A DNA stretch of 64,000 bases from Camelus ferus (Eukaryota), in assembly GCF_009834535.1 (NCBI RefSeq), contig NC_045696.1:114888001-114952000 (forward strand), in the 5' to 3' direction. Each line of letters begins with the position of its first letter. Position 1 is the stretch's first letter. The position numbers were made by a program, and so were the translations under genes. Shown piece by piece: positions 12,156 through 24,364 of this stretch. The notes beneath the pieces were generated by a model that was not told the origin of the DNA, did not search any database, and worked only from the letters and a program-made list of their open reading frames with translations.

Positions 12156-12987
12156 AAAACTCATTAATTGAGCACCTGCTACATTTTAATTGGCAATGGG
12201 ATAAATATTAAGAGATATGAAATGCTTGTTAATCTTCAGAGATTTCTAATTTAGTTGGAGATACATAATACATAAATGTAATATTTAATACCTGCATGCA
12301 ATCATATACATGTAGATCACATATGTGTAATCAATACTATTTGGTATGTTTATATACAATCTAGAGCTATTACAGCTGCGTAGGTACATGCATACAAACA
12401 TATAAAAACAACCACTGTGATAAATATATTGAGTGGCAAATAGCTGTTACAGCTTTGAATTGCATGATGTATTTTAGTTTTCTTTCAACTTGATGAGTTT
12501 CTATGAATATGTAAGATGAATGGTATCTTTTATTTCTTTATTTGTTGTTTGATGGTCATGGACATTGGCTTCTTTAAAGGCAAAAGTGGAACGAGTGTTC
12601 TCAGCCTGCGAGTTGAATCTGCTGCATGGATAACTGTAGCAATTGCCTGTGCATTCAAGCCTCCGGGGTCACTGGCACGAGACTGTCATAGCTCTGGAGC
12701 TGTTAGGACCTTCAGCGTCAACAGCGCTAACTTGTGTGATGAAACAGAATGAGCTTTCAGGACCCCTTGGCTGTAAATGGGTAGACAAGGAATATTATAT
12801 GACTTCCTAAAGTGATTACATGACAAACTATGATGACAAAAACGTCTTATGAGACGATCCTCGAACATTTTGTGTCCTCGCTAACACAGGTCTGGGTTGG
12901 CTGTCTGCCAGTAAAAAGACTTTATCGGCTTTGATAGTCTTCCCCTAAGCATATATTTTAAATGATTGCTCTGTTACTTTAAGATGC

Positions 12988-13034
12988 TATATATATATAT
13001 ATAGAGAGAGAGATAAAGATATAGATATATAGAG
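12988..13034. repeat. (TA)n(GA)n compound microsatellite
   Basis: tatatatatatatatagagagagagataaagatatagatatatagag. Confidence 0.9.
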
Positions 13035-13094
13035 TCTGATCTTTGCATACATTTAAATGTAGATCCCTAAATTTAAACGCACGCAAAGATCAGA
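13035..13094. repeat. 60-bp inverted repeat (28-bp arms, 4-nt loop)
   Basis: tctgatctttgc...gcaaagatcaga form perfect 12-bp outer arms; the inner 16-bp arms differ at 4 positions. Confidence 0.9.
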
Positions 13095-15643
13095 ATCAGC
13101 CTCCTTATGCATTTCACACAAGTGTCTTTTCAAAGCCCATTATTCTTCTGTCTTTATTTTCTCAATGGATATACTATTTGCTGTAATTTTAAAAATCAAA
13201 GGCAAAAAAACATTCTCCAAAGAGATAATGATACAGTAGAGGCGTATAGTAATCTGATGTCGGATACCCTGTGCCGTCAAGGAGAACTGAAATTATCTTC
13301 CTGAGGGCGGTATCTCCCTATTGAAGGATGCTGGCATTTCTAAGTAATGAAAAAGCTCTTACCTGCCTTGCAGAACTGTTCCGTTGTGATCTTGCCCACT
13401 GATCGGTGATGACCATTAATTCACTTCAGAAAGCTCTCCTTTCCCAGTTTCCAAGCACAACTCTCAGGGAACCCCAGCTTTCAGAAATATAGAAAAGCCT
13501 TTCAAGAGACAGCCTCCTCATTAAATATCATTGTTAGTCAACTTGTACTTGGTAAGTAGTTTTCTATTAGAAGGTCTTAATCATAGGATTCATTTGAAGA
13601 TTCTTACATGATGGTTTTGCAGTCACACCTTTTACTCTGGAGGCTTGTTAATAAGATCAGTCCATCTTCTGAACAATTGTGTGGCTTGTTGTGAATATGA
13701 ATATTTTTATGTTATCAGCTCATTTCATTTTAATCGTGGAGTAAATGTCACAGCTGTGTGTGTGCGGTGACACTCAAGTTTATGGTTGGCTAAATTAGGT
13801 TGCCAGGAATCCCAGAGAACCTGGTTTATTCCTTTTTATTCCTGTTTATCAGGACTTTTGCTCGCATATCTTGACTAATTTTGAATCCTCTTTTGTGTCT
13901 CACATCTTTCACTTAAGTTCTGATTATTCTGAAGACAAGAGTTTTTGCTATTTAGAAATTAAGATAAGCATAAAGAATCTTAAAGAATGCACTTGAAATA
14001 AGGGAAAATCGGTTAATTTGCAACTATTTTTGACACAATACACTTTTTGAGAAACAGCGTGACTGCATGCAAATTTTTTGTCTCAGGATCTACATTTTCA
14101 GCATTGTGGAACTTATCCTCACCTGTCTATCCATATTAGCTTGAAACCATACTCTACATAGAAAAGTTCTTCCCTAAACACTTTTGCAAATTTATTATTT
14201 ACTCCCATAACCTGCCACTACTTTATGAGACAGTTTCCTGACAGCTGTGGCTGAGAAGTAGCTGAAAAACACACCAGTTGCCCTCTCCTGTCACTGCTGG
14301 AGATTTCTGTTTTGAAGATAATGTCAACAAAGTGACCAGGCAGTCTTGACTTTGCTGCTGGACTTTCTTTCCTTGCTAAACATTGAGCCTTCTGTGATTT
14401 TGTTTACAAAGTGTTGCAAAATCCTCTCATCTGGGAAATTGGGAGACAAAACATCTCAATACCACATCCACTCATCATTTGACAGTTAGGAAAGTGATAA
14501 ATAAATCAGGACACATAGGCACTTGATTGGTGGCGCTCATGGCTGGATCATCTCAGTTTTTGAGTCTCGTCAACGTCATCTATTGTGGCCACCAAATGAT
14601 GACCACTTACGGTCATATTGCAAATTTAGGTAATCATTCAAGTTTTTGACTTGTCAACCTTTTCCTAAAAATACAGACCCCAAGTCACTGGAAACTCTCC
14701 CTACAACATAACAACCGTATCATTGATAACTTTTGAAAAGGGTATATGACATGATTTCTTTTAAAGAGTAGTTGTGTGTCAGAAAACATAAAATGTTCAT
14801 CTGATTCTTTCTATCCAGGGAAGGGTTAAATAGAAAGTTTGCTTTGTATATAGATCCAGGACCCTCAGTGGGATTTTGCTAAGACAAAAGACAACCAACT
14901 TTTGGAATAGTCTGTCCCTTATGTATTTCAGTCATGGCTGAAATGGACAAAATTCACTTTTGGCATAGATGGTGTATTCAGTTGATTAACAATATTGCAC
15001 AGTTTCAATTTTATCTTCTCTGTTAAACCTAGGATTGTTTTAAAATTGTTCCACTTCTAATACCAAAGATGCTCTTTAAAGTGTAGTAGAAAAAAATCAG
15101 AGTAAGAGCCAAATTTAAGCAAAAAGTTTAATGGGAATAGAATCTACTGCAGGTAAATTTATACGTAATCAGTGCAGCTTACAATGAGAAGTAGAGAAAT
15201 AAAACACTGATACAATTTTCACGGAAAGCACTCAATGTGAACTATAGCGTGTGAAGAAGAAGATGTCTGTGAGAATGACAAGAGACAATGGGAAATGCAA
15301 TTAAATATTTGAATCTAAATCTCAGACAACAATCTGGAATAGATAAAAGGTTTTTACTTGGGTAATATTCAAAGCCAAGGGAATAGATCAAAACTTCTTT
15401 GGGAAAAGTATGCAAGAAAGAAAGAGAACCCAGGATTAAGCCATGTAATTCTCCAAGCTATGGCAGTTGGATAGAGAAGGAAAGGCTCACAAAAGAGCGG
15501 TCCTTCCGGAGGAGGAAATACAAAGGATTTCCTTAGGAAATCCAAGAAAGAAGATTTGTTACAGAGAGAGGAGAAGTGAAGGGTGGTGATGTGGGCAGAA
15601 GAGCAAACTTTGGATTTGGCAACATCCAATTCACTGGCAAATT

Positions 15644-15645
15644 TT

Positions 15646-15717
<72 letters not shown>

Positions 15718-15800
15718 TCCTTTCTTCCTTCTTTCCTTTCTTTCTCTTTTCTTTTTTCTTTCTTTTTTCTTTTTCTTTCTTTCTTTTTCTTTCTTATTTT
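15644..15800. repeat. (TTTC)19 plus degenerate extension, derived from L1 poly(A) tail
   Basis: Perfect TTTC units 15644-15719, directly abutting an antisense L1 3' end. Confidence 0.95.
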
Positions 15801-16173
15801 CTTTCAATTGAAGTATAGTCAGTTACAAAGTGTCAATTTCTGGTGTACAGCACAATATCTCAGTCATGCATATACATACATATATTCATTTTCATATTCT
15901 TTCTCTTTAAAGGTTATTATAAGATATTGAATATCATTCCCTGTGCTGTACAGAAGAAACAATTTTTTAATCTATCTTTATATATAGTGCCTAACATTTG
16001 CAAATCTCAGACTCCCAAATTTATCCCTTCCCACCTGCTTTCCTCTGGTAGCCATAAGATTGTTTACTATGTCTGCAAGAGTCTGTTTCTGGTTTGTAGA
16101 TGATTTCATTAGTGTCCTCTTTTTTTTCCCTTTTTAGATTCCACATATGAGTGATATCACATGGTTTTTTTTC
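15801..16173 (-). mobile_element. young L1 3'UTR
   Basis: aattgaagtatagtcagttacaaagtgtcaatttctggtgtacagcacaat...ttagattccacatatgagtgatatcac. Confidence 0.95.
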
Positions 16174-16411
16174 TAAGAGCACTTTGAATGGTGTTAAGGA
16201 TTCAGTTTGGAGTGCATGCAAAAGCGAGTGGGGGATGAGGAAAGGGAGGTGATTATGTGTAGTTTCAAGTACATTGTGTCTGGAGGGGAATCCTGCAAGA
16301 ATCTGGAGGGGTAATTTTTAAAAGTGATTAGGGTGTTCATCTATGTCAGTGGGAATAATCTAATTCTAGGAATGAGACTGAAAATAAAAGAGAGGGAAAG
16401 GCTTCAGCCTT

Positions 16412-16586
16412 CAGTGGTGTCAGCTCTGGTGTCATACTAGAATCACTTGGGAAGATTTTAAAAGTATTGATGGTTGGGCCAATCCCAGGTCAGTTAATCA
16501 GAATATCTGGAAGTGAGGTCCCGGAACTGGTATTTTAAAAATCCACCATGTGATACAAATATTTAATTACTGTTGAGGGCCCCTGA
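16412..16586. mobile_element. MER5B-like hAT-Charlie MITE
   Basis: cagtggtg...tagaatcacttgggaagattttaaaagtattgatg...aatcagaatatctgg...cccctg. Confidence 0.7.
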
Positions 16587-16593
16587 ACTAATT

Positions 16594-16696
16594 CAGTGGT
16601 TTCTCAGATTTTACAGGACTTCAGTGTGACCCTCCCTTCAGGTTCCTAAGTCATGCTAATGTTGCTGGTCTGAGGACCACATTTTGAGACCATTGA
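16594..16696. mobile_element. MER5A-like MITE fragment
   Basis: cagtggtttctca...gctaatgttgctggtctgaggaccacattttgagaccattg. Confidence 0.7.
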
Positions 16697-17884
16697 GCTA
16701 ACAGAACTACTGTACCCCATGTGAAGGTGTGAAAGGGAAGGGGTCCAGAGTACCAGTGGGAGGAAGCACCCTTGATGGACAGAGGTCCCCTTTCTCCATT
16801 ATCATGGGAAGGGGCAGTGATGATGGGAAAAGGATGACTGGCCTGTGATGGGAAGGTAAGGACATGGCCATCTCACTGAAGTACATGTAAGGTCATCAGA
16901 TATGAGTTGGGTGGAGAATAGGAACATAAAAGTTTAAAGAAAGAAAATGGTCATTTCCTTACATTGTGAATATTAAGCAAACTATAGAAATGTAGTCCCG
17001 ATTTGAGGTCTAAATATTAAAAGGGGAAACAGTCTACTTATATAAGTTTCACTTACAGCAGTCAGAAATGTCCCATATATACGATTCTTGTTTGACCACC
17101 ACGTATTAGTAATCTAATATTAGACAATGGAACAATTCCCTTTTGCGTAGACCCATCCATAGACAAATTGAGAGTTGGCTTCTCTGCTAACAGCTTGATG
17201 ATAGCAGTTCGTAGAATTATAGCTATTGAAACACTTGAAAGGCTGTTTATGGCTACGATGTATCTAATTATTCTTGCATTGACATAATCACTGTCTTCAC
17301 TCCATCTGATCATTGTGGGATCAGCTTGTTTTTGCCTTTTCTCTTCGGAGCTGATGAGCTGGCACAGGCAAGCAAATCATGCAGCTGTTGACACTTGCTT
17401 TTGTAAACCCTTTGAGAATTTCACTCTAGATGTCTTCATCTTGTAGGTACAGAGACCCAAAAAAAATTATCCTAGGGAAATATTAATCTCTACTAAGATT
17501 TACATAGGGTACCAGAATACTCAGGAACTAGGTTTGAAGATCCCTGGAAATGTGCAGGAACATTGAATCAATGTACTTTAGTATAAGCAGAAAAAAAATC
17601 AAAGTAACAGATTTTTAATAAGTACCTTTCTTTCAACACACAAGGATAAACTGCCCTTTTAAAGGATGCAGAACCATTTTTGCATTATATGAAATCATCT
17701 GGCTTGTAAAAAGTTGCTTGGTAAAAGACAAATGTTTCTCTTGGTAGAAATCAGGTGTATGGGATGGGAGAGGTGTGTGGGATTGGCATTTAACCTCTTT
17801 CTGCATTTTTTATGGCACTAAAAATTGTGCTTCTGCCTCTTCAGAGAGCTTACCACAAACAGAAAAAAGTCGTGAAGCTAATTA

Positions 17885-18332
17885 CAGGCATCTCCCCACC
17901 TTTCAAAAGTTTGCTTTGCGTCACTTTGCTTTTAAGAAAGGTTTACGTTATTTTTATTACTTATGTAATTTTGCTAACTGAAAGAAATCCAAAGAGGATT
18001 TTTGCTTTTACAAAAAGAAAAGCTGAAAAGCGAAAATAGCGTTCAGCATTTGTTTTGCAGTAGCTGTTTATTATAGAAGCAGTACCCCCCCCATGCCCCA
18101 CCCCCACGCCAGCAGCCGAAGTGGTGCTGTCTGGGAGCTCCTTCCCTGGGAACCACACTCAGCATCTCAGCCACCATGACTCTGAACTGTGTCTGTGAGC
18201 ATCCCTGCTTGGGGTTATTTTGCACATCTGTTAGCAAAATGCATCCTCGGTAATCGCCTCTTTGCTTTACGCCATTTTCACGTGGGAAAGGTTTCTCAGG
18301 AATGCTCTCCTTTCAGATAGAGGGGAAAGCTG
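17885..18332. mobile_element. TcMar-Tigger-type non-autonomous DNA transposon
   Basis: Preceded by TA; imperfect terminal inverted repeats caggcatctccccacctttcaaaag / ctttcagatagaggggaaagctg; internal aaagcgaaaatagcgttcagcatttgttttgcag. Exact family not assigned. Confidence 0.75.
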
Positions 18333-19201
18333 CATTCTGCTCCTTTTACAGGTTAAGAAATATTAAAGCCTAAACTCTTTGCATAGTCTTGTGATGGGTG
18401 CAATGCCCGGAAGTAAGACTCATGCTTTTTTATCCCTTGCCAATGTTTTCCTCCTTAAGAAGAGTTGTTGAATGTGGCTTCTTACATTCCTTAAAAAAAA
18501 TAAAGCAATTATTAAGTTTCAGGAAAGATCGAGTTTCTAAAAATTTAAACTGCTCACACCCTAAGGCGTAAAGCATTAACAGGGGAGAAATCATGGCATT
18601 TTATCCTTCTCAGTCCAACCTCCTTCTCAGGAAATTATCCTCTCCTTACCAGTCTCCTCTTTACATAAAACTAATTTTAACTTAAATAGTAATTTAGAAA
18701 ATGAAAAGCAGGGACCTGGAAGAGCAATTTTATCAGATTTGTCTCTAAGTTATGATTTTAATTAAAAATGTGGGACTTAAAGACGACTGAAAAGTCTGGA
18801 GTTTGACCAGAGCCTAGTGTTGTTTCCAGCAGGTGGGTTCCAAGGTCGCTTTCAACTTAACCAAGCCTGCCTGCCTCTGCCCTGAGGGAAGCAGCTTTCT
18901 TATGACTGGAGAGCTCTCTGGTTCAATGGTGATTTGAGGTGCTTGGGGCTAGAAATCTGAACTTCTGAAAAGAATGAAAGTGCCTGGAAACCAAATGACA
19001 GGCTCGCCAGCTTCTCTGGATTCTAGAGCAGAAGCTTTTCACTCAGCCTGAGTCTTCCAGGGAACCTCCATCAGAATCAAACAGCACAGCCTTAGGGAAG
19101 CACTGGGGATCAGATCTCGACCTTCCCTTTTGTTCTTACTGTCCTTAGTTCTTTTCCTCCGCCCCACTCTTCCTCCAACCTTTAGCATTTCCTTTGCACT
19201 T

Positions 19202-19704
19202 TTTTACCGAGATGCCACACAACAGGCCAATAAATTAAGAGATGAGGTGTTGGGGCAAGGATTAGCAACTTTATGCAGAAAGCCAGCAGACTGTGAAGTT
19301 GGTGGACTAGTGTCCCAAAGAACCATCTTGCCTGGGTTTGGATGTTCATTTCTTTTATAGAGCAAACATGGGAAGGTGAGGAGGTAAAGTAAAAAAAAAG
19401 GGATAAGCTGTTGCAAATATTTCCTGGCTCTGACCTGATTCCAGAGGGAATGTGCTAATTTCTTCTTTCCTGCAGCCATGTGCAGGTGCGGCTGGTCAGG
19501 GTGTTTCCTGTGAGCTAAACAAAGACATTTTAGCATAAGGCTCAGGCCTAGGAGGCAAGGTTCCTGGAGATGAGCCATTGTGTGTACTTTGAGCCTCAGG
19601 CAACAACACTTTAGTGATTAACTTGTAGCAAAAGCAATAGAATGCAAAGGTTCAAGTAAAAGAAACAGATCCAATATGGGGTCAGATTTATTCTTCCTGT
19701 TACA
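19202..19704 (-). mobile_element. ERV1-class solo LTR (cetartiodactyl type)
   Basis: About 500 bp with ends (t)ttaccga...tcttcctgttaca; internal gagatgaggtgttggggcaagg...actttatgcagaaagccagcagac. Confidence 0.8.
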
Positions 19705-19862
19705 TTCTCTTCTTATCTGACTTTTCTCACCTGCCTCCCTCTTTCTTTCCCCTACTCTCTCTCTCCCCACATCCATTCTTTCCTTCCTTCCCTCCATCCT
19801 TCCCTTCCTCCCTCCCTTCTTTCCTTCCATCTTCCTAACTTCCATTCCTTTCCTTCTTTTGT
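19705..19862. repeat. pyrimidine-rich low-complexity (CT/CCT) tract
   Basis: tccttccttccctccatccttcccttcctccctccc. Confidence 0.8.
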
Positions 19863-20024
19863 TCAATTTTGCTCTCTGTATAGAACAATGGATCAGAGAC
19901 TTAAAAATCATTTGCATTTTTTTTAAAAAAAAAGTTCCTCTACAACTGAAACCCTAAAGGAAAATTTGAGAACTATAAACAAAGTAGATAAAAGGGAGGC
20001 AGCCATAATGAAAGAATACAACCA

Positions 20025-20149
20025 GGGGAGGGTATAGCTTAAGGTGGGCTTGGCAGGCATGAGGTCCTGGTTTCAATCCCCACTACCTCCTCTAAAAACA
20101 AATAATCCAAGTTACATCCATCCCCCACTAAAAACAAACAGAAAATTAA
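20025..20149 (+). mobile_element. tRNA-Ala-derived camelid SINE (vic-1 type), internally deleted
   Basis: ggggagggtatagctt...gaggtcctggtttcaatcccc, A-rich tail, target-site duplication gaaagaatacaacc (20010-20023) / gaaagaatacaatc (20150-20163). Confidence 0.9.
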
Positions 20150-21346
20150 GAAAGAATACAATCTTGTTAAAGTTAATGGACTTTATGTTTCATTGAGTTT
20201 CAATTAATTTCTACTTCTATTTCATTAGTCACAGGTGGCCAGTGGTTGGACGGAGCCGTCTTAGATATTTCTGTAGTTCTACATATTTGTAAACTAATTG
20301 AGTCTTTGTTTCTTTCCTTATGTAATTTGAAGTTCTGGGAGGGAAAAAAAAAATCCTTTCCTATTACAAAGTTGATTTGTTTATATAATAATATACATCA
20401 AGTTTTGAAAACTAAAGTTCACCACCTCTGAGATGGGCTCTAGTTTTATGAATCATTAGAAAGAGAGAAAATGAGAAACGCATTTCTGTTTTGTTGTAGC
20501 TCGAAAGAAGATTTCTAAGGCTTTGCTGAAGCCATTGCCAACTCAGGAACTATGTTAAACAAATCTATAGTGACTTCATTATCTGTTATCTGTTATTGCC
20601 CTGTTGAACTAAAATTAACTGTTATATTATGTGACCTATAAAACGATATTAAACATTTTATTGCTTGCTGTCAACTTGAACGTAAGACAGTTATTGAAGA
20701 TTACACTGAGAAGATTTAGAGCACTACAAATGTTATTCTACAGAGCTGACAGCTTGCCCTTAACGTCTCCAGTCATAAAAGGAAAGAAACTGGGTAAATC
20801 TGAAGCCATGATATAAACGCGACAGGCAATGTGATAAATAAAACACCAGACACCAGCAATCTTCTTTGCCATATTCCTTTTATTTTTCTAATGCCTATGC
20901 CATTACTCTCACAGCTTCTGACTGATGTAAATTGGAAAGCAGGAACATTAAAACAGTAATTCCGCGGAGGGAAAGAACTCCTCTTTATAGTCACATTAGG
21001 TGCCTGAGTGTGATCTCGACTTTCATGATCCACTGCTGAATTTATGGGTTTTGGAAAGCAGGGAAACTAAACAGGAATGGGGCGCTTCTGATAACAGGCA
21101 TCATTGATTTTGAAGGAGCACCCAGAGGAGGTGAAACTTATTTAGCAGTCTGGATTATGTTTCCAAAGGAATAGATTCTCAGTTTCTTGTTCCTGTGGCT
21201 TTACATCTCAGGTCATGAACAACCAATGAGAGAACATGAGCTAAACGTAAACAGCTAGGTGCACACCACTCACCTTATTAGGAGTCCCTCCCTAATCCAT
21301 TCCCTCTTCTGGTCTGGTTATTGCTTACAACAAAGCTGTCCCGATC

Positions 21347-21366
21347 TTGCAGCGCCCCCTGGTGCA
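21347..21366 (-). promoter_or_regulatory. near-consensus CTCF motif
   Basis: Reverse complement TGCACCAGGGGGCGCTGCAA versus consensus CCACCAGGGGGCGC; lies in apparently non-repetitive DNA. Confidence 0.7.
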
Positions 21367-21932
21367 CAGGTAGGGAACCATCTCACCCAGCATCTTCACC
21401 TTTTTCTTTTTTTTCTCCTTAGGTACACTGAACACTGTATCCTTTTGGCCCTTTCATCATCACTGAATTTTCAGAACTACACTTCTTGTCTCATAAACGG
21501 TCTATTTTTTCTCCTTCTTGGAAATATTTTTTAACCCTCACTCGATTTATTGAATGAGCTGAATATAATATGCCACGGAAACAGACTTTATTTTCTCTTC
21601 CGTTGCTCCTTTAAGCCTTCTTCTGTTGTCTCTCCTTTCCCTGGGACTGAAGGCATCTCCAAAAGATATGGTGACTCTCTTGTCACTTTCCATTATCAGA
21701 ACAATCTTATCTTTTGATAAGCCTCACTTTCAGGGATAAATAACCCTTAGGTGATTTGATTTCAAAATTGAGCTGCTGATACTGTTCAGATTCCCTAGAC
21801 TCACTTCACTTGGGCATTTCAGACAGAGCTATGAACTGTGTTTCAGTCTTTTTTTTTCCAGCTTATATTTTATTTTTTAGGTTTTTGTTTTTCTTTTTCT
21901 TTTTCCTTTTCCCAGGTCTATTTTGCATTTCC

Positions 21933-22165
21933 TTTTTTTTTTTTTTTTTTTTTTGATTTACAACATTGTATTAATTTCTGGTGTATAGCATAGCGATTCA
22001 GTAGATTTTTTTTTCATATTCTTTTTCATTACAGGTCACTACAAGCTATTGAATATAGTTCCCTGTGCCATGCAGTACCACCTTCTTGTTTATCTATGCT
22101 GTACACAGCAGTTTATATCAGCCAATCCTAAATTCCCAATGTATTTTATTCCTTATCCCTTTCCT
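21933..22165 (-). mobile_element. L1 3' end with poly(A) tail
   Basis: T run followed by gatttacaacattgtattaatttctggtgtatagcatag...ctattgaatatagttccctgtgc. Confidence 0.9.
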
Positions 22166-23339
22166 TCTGACTTTTCCAGAATCAACATAGGGAGAGTAGA
22201 GATTAGGGGGAGAAAAAAGGACAAACTTCTTTTGTTACCAGTACAATTTTTGGCTACGAGTGCCCTTCAGTCACGATAGGTGTTGACGTGCTTGTTCTCT
22301 ATGGCAGTGTGTTTTGTGCTCTTTGGGAACGACCCACTTTGCCCACTAACAGACACCCAGATTCCTAATCCTGTATGTTTGCCTCGCTGGAGCAGTTCAT
22401 GCTCAACTTACCACCTGAGTATGCTCACGCCCACTCCTTCCCTCGGCGAGTCGACCTGTTTGCTCTGCCCTAGCAAGCTGTCCTCCTGGGTCGGGGTCCC
22501 AGCAAGTTGGCTCCCCCGGGGATGCTATCATGCACCCAGCCGGCACAGGGCCAACTCACGCATCCCTGCCACACCAACACAGGAGGCCAGGCCATGCACT
22601 CCTGTTGCACTGTCTCTTTACTCTGCACTGGGGAATGTCCCAGCTGTTTCCCACCTTCAGAACTTTCTGGAGAAGCAGGCACCAGTCTTTCCAATCAAGC
22701 AGAGACAAGCCCTCTGCAGGCATCTCAGTTGGATGTCGGTTTGGCTGTTTCTGCAGCTTTGCAGGCATCTCTCTAGCTGGGGTCTGGGCCATTATCTCAC
22801 CCCCTTGAGGGTCTCCTTCTCTGCTGGTGCTTCCCCTGGTAGGTCTCTCCCAGTCCTGTGAGGAGGGCATGAGAATAGCCAACCAGCTTGCTCTTTGAGT
22901 CTAAGACTTGCTGACTCCAGAATGTTCAGCCTGGCCTGATATATATTTAACATTTATCTTTCTATTTACACATACTCTATATTTCTGTTATTTATGTTTC
23001 TATTATATTTGTACTTACTGAATAAGGGCAGGAAGGCCAGTTAGAGAACGCTGTGAAGGTTTATCTGGAATACAGAGGGCTCTATCAATCATTCCCATGT
23101 TTGGAGGCTTCAGCCAGATTTCTGAGATACGGGAAGGGCCATCCAGTGTTTTGTTATATTTCTTCTTTACCCGGCCTTTTAAGATGACCCAGTGCAAACA
23201 TCAGGAAAACCTCTCTTAGTATTTTGGCTTTTCTGCATTTATCATAAAAACAGAAACCATCACCAAGTATTGAGGTTTTAAGACATGGGGCAAACAGCCA
23301 GGTGGTTTACAGGTTTTATCTCAGCTGGTGATCGCAATA

Positions 23340-23510
23340 ATTTTAAGAGGCAGATTGTAGATTCCTCATCATATGGATACAAAAATCAAAGGCAGGAACA
23401 GTTATCTAATTTATTTAAGGATTGACAGACAGTAAGTAGCTTAACTTGGATTTGAACTCATGTTTCTAAGATTCTGAAGGCCATGATTCTTAATGCTGAC
23501 ACACTGTATT
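23340..23510 (-). mobile_element. MIR
   Basis: cagtaagtagcttaacttggatttgaactcatg...gattctgaaggccatgattcttaa. Confidence 0.65.
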
Positions 23511-23950
23511 GTCAAAACCAGATTTATGCATGCCGAGGTGAGTCATACTATTAATACACTAACACTGGGGGTGCATAGCAATGTTAAAGAAATTCATATA
23601 ATACTCCACAAATGCTCTATTTTTTAATAGCTCTTGAAACTGTCCTTGAGTTACCATGTAAATCATCATGAAATCTCTGCCTCTTTGCTCTCTCCAGTTT
23701 CCTACTCTTTAAACAATAGGACTTAGGTTAGAGAACAGTGTCTTTCCACTCCCCTCCGAGGGGATTAACCCTGCATTTTCTGTGGAGCCAGAAATGGCCT
23801 CCCTTACCACTGAGTCACTGTACAAGATGATGCTTTATCTCCTCACCACCCCCCTGTGCCTCAGAACGCACTACTAGGCTCAAATCCCAGCAGATTCCTA
23901 AGGGTGAGATGCAGAGTGGGACCCAGCAGGAGGAGGCCCACACATTAAAA

Positions 23951-24364
23951 TGTCACAACTTGGGTTCCCCAGGAGGCAAACTGTGGGATGGAGATCTGCC
24001 TGCCAGAAGTTTATCAGGCCAGGCTCTCCGGATTAATAACTTCTGGGCAAACAGAAGATTTGCAGTTTCCTGTGTCATGACCTGCAGTCACAACAAAGGT
24101 CTTGGCCGCCCAAGGGGACCATTGGAGCCGGGATGCCTCTTCAGAGCTGTGCTGATTGGGAACCAGGGAGCTGGACCTCTAAGCCCCATGTGAACCAGTC
24201 ACTGGATGCCGGCTGCCGGCTGCCCCAGGGAAGGGGTGTGACATTGGGGAGGGCAGTTCTCTTTAGCTGAGCACCATTCCTGGAGAAGGCTGAGCGCGGG
24301 CTGTCAGAAGTTGGACCCAATTCCTTCTGTATTGAAGGGGTGTCTGAGCACAAAATCCTCTACA
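23951..24364 (-). mobile_element. LTR16C-like ERVL solo LTR
   Basis: TG...CA ends; gggttccccaggaggcaaactgtgggatggagat, ccagtcactggatgccggctgccc, ggtgtgacattggggagggcag. Confidence 0.8.

Larger units (their letters stand above)
15150..17400 (-). mobile_element. fragmented L2 LINE interrupted by younger elements
   Basis: L2 antisense motifs ttggatttggcaacat (15610), gagtgggggatgaggaaagggagg (16226), gaaggggtccagagtaccagtggg (16737), ttttctcttcggagctgatgagctggcacagg (17337). Confidence 0.6.

Noticed and set aside
15576..15930. Phe/Leu/Ser-rich membrane-like ORFs
   Set aside because: Translation artefact of the (TTTC)n microsatellite.
17062..17313. 83-aa minus-strand ORF near a GTAAGT donor
   Set aside because: Lies within fragmented L2 sequence, stops before the donor, and resembles no protein I know.
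21370..21422. GT...AG mini-intron with strong polypyrimidine tract
   Set aside because: At 53 nt it is shorter than usual mammalian introns, and there is no flanking reading frame.
22280..22861. Longest ORF (193 aa)
   Set aside because: Non-ATG start, no recognisable domain, overlapping ORFs in several frames typical of locally GC-rich DNA.
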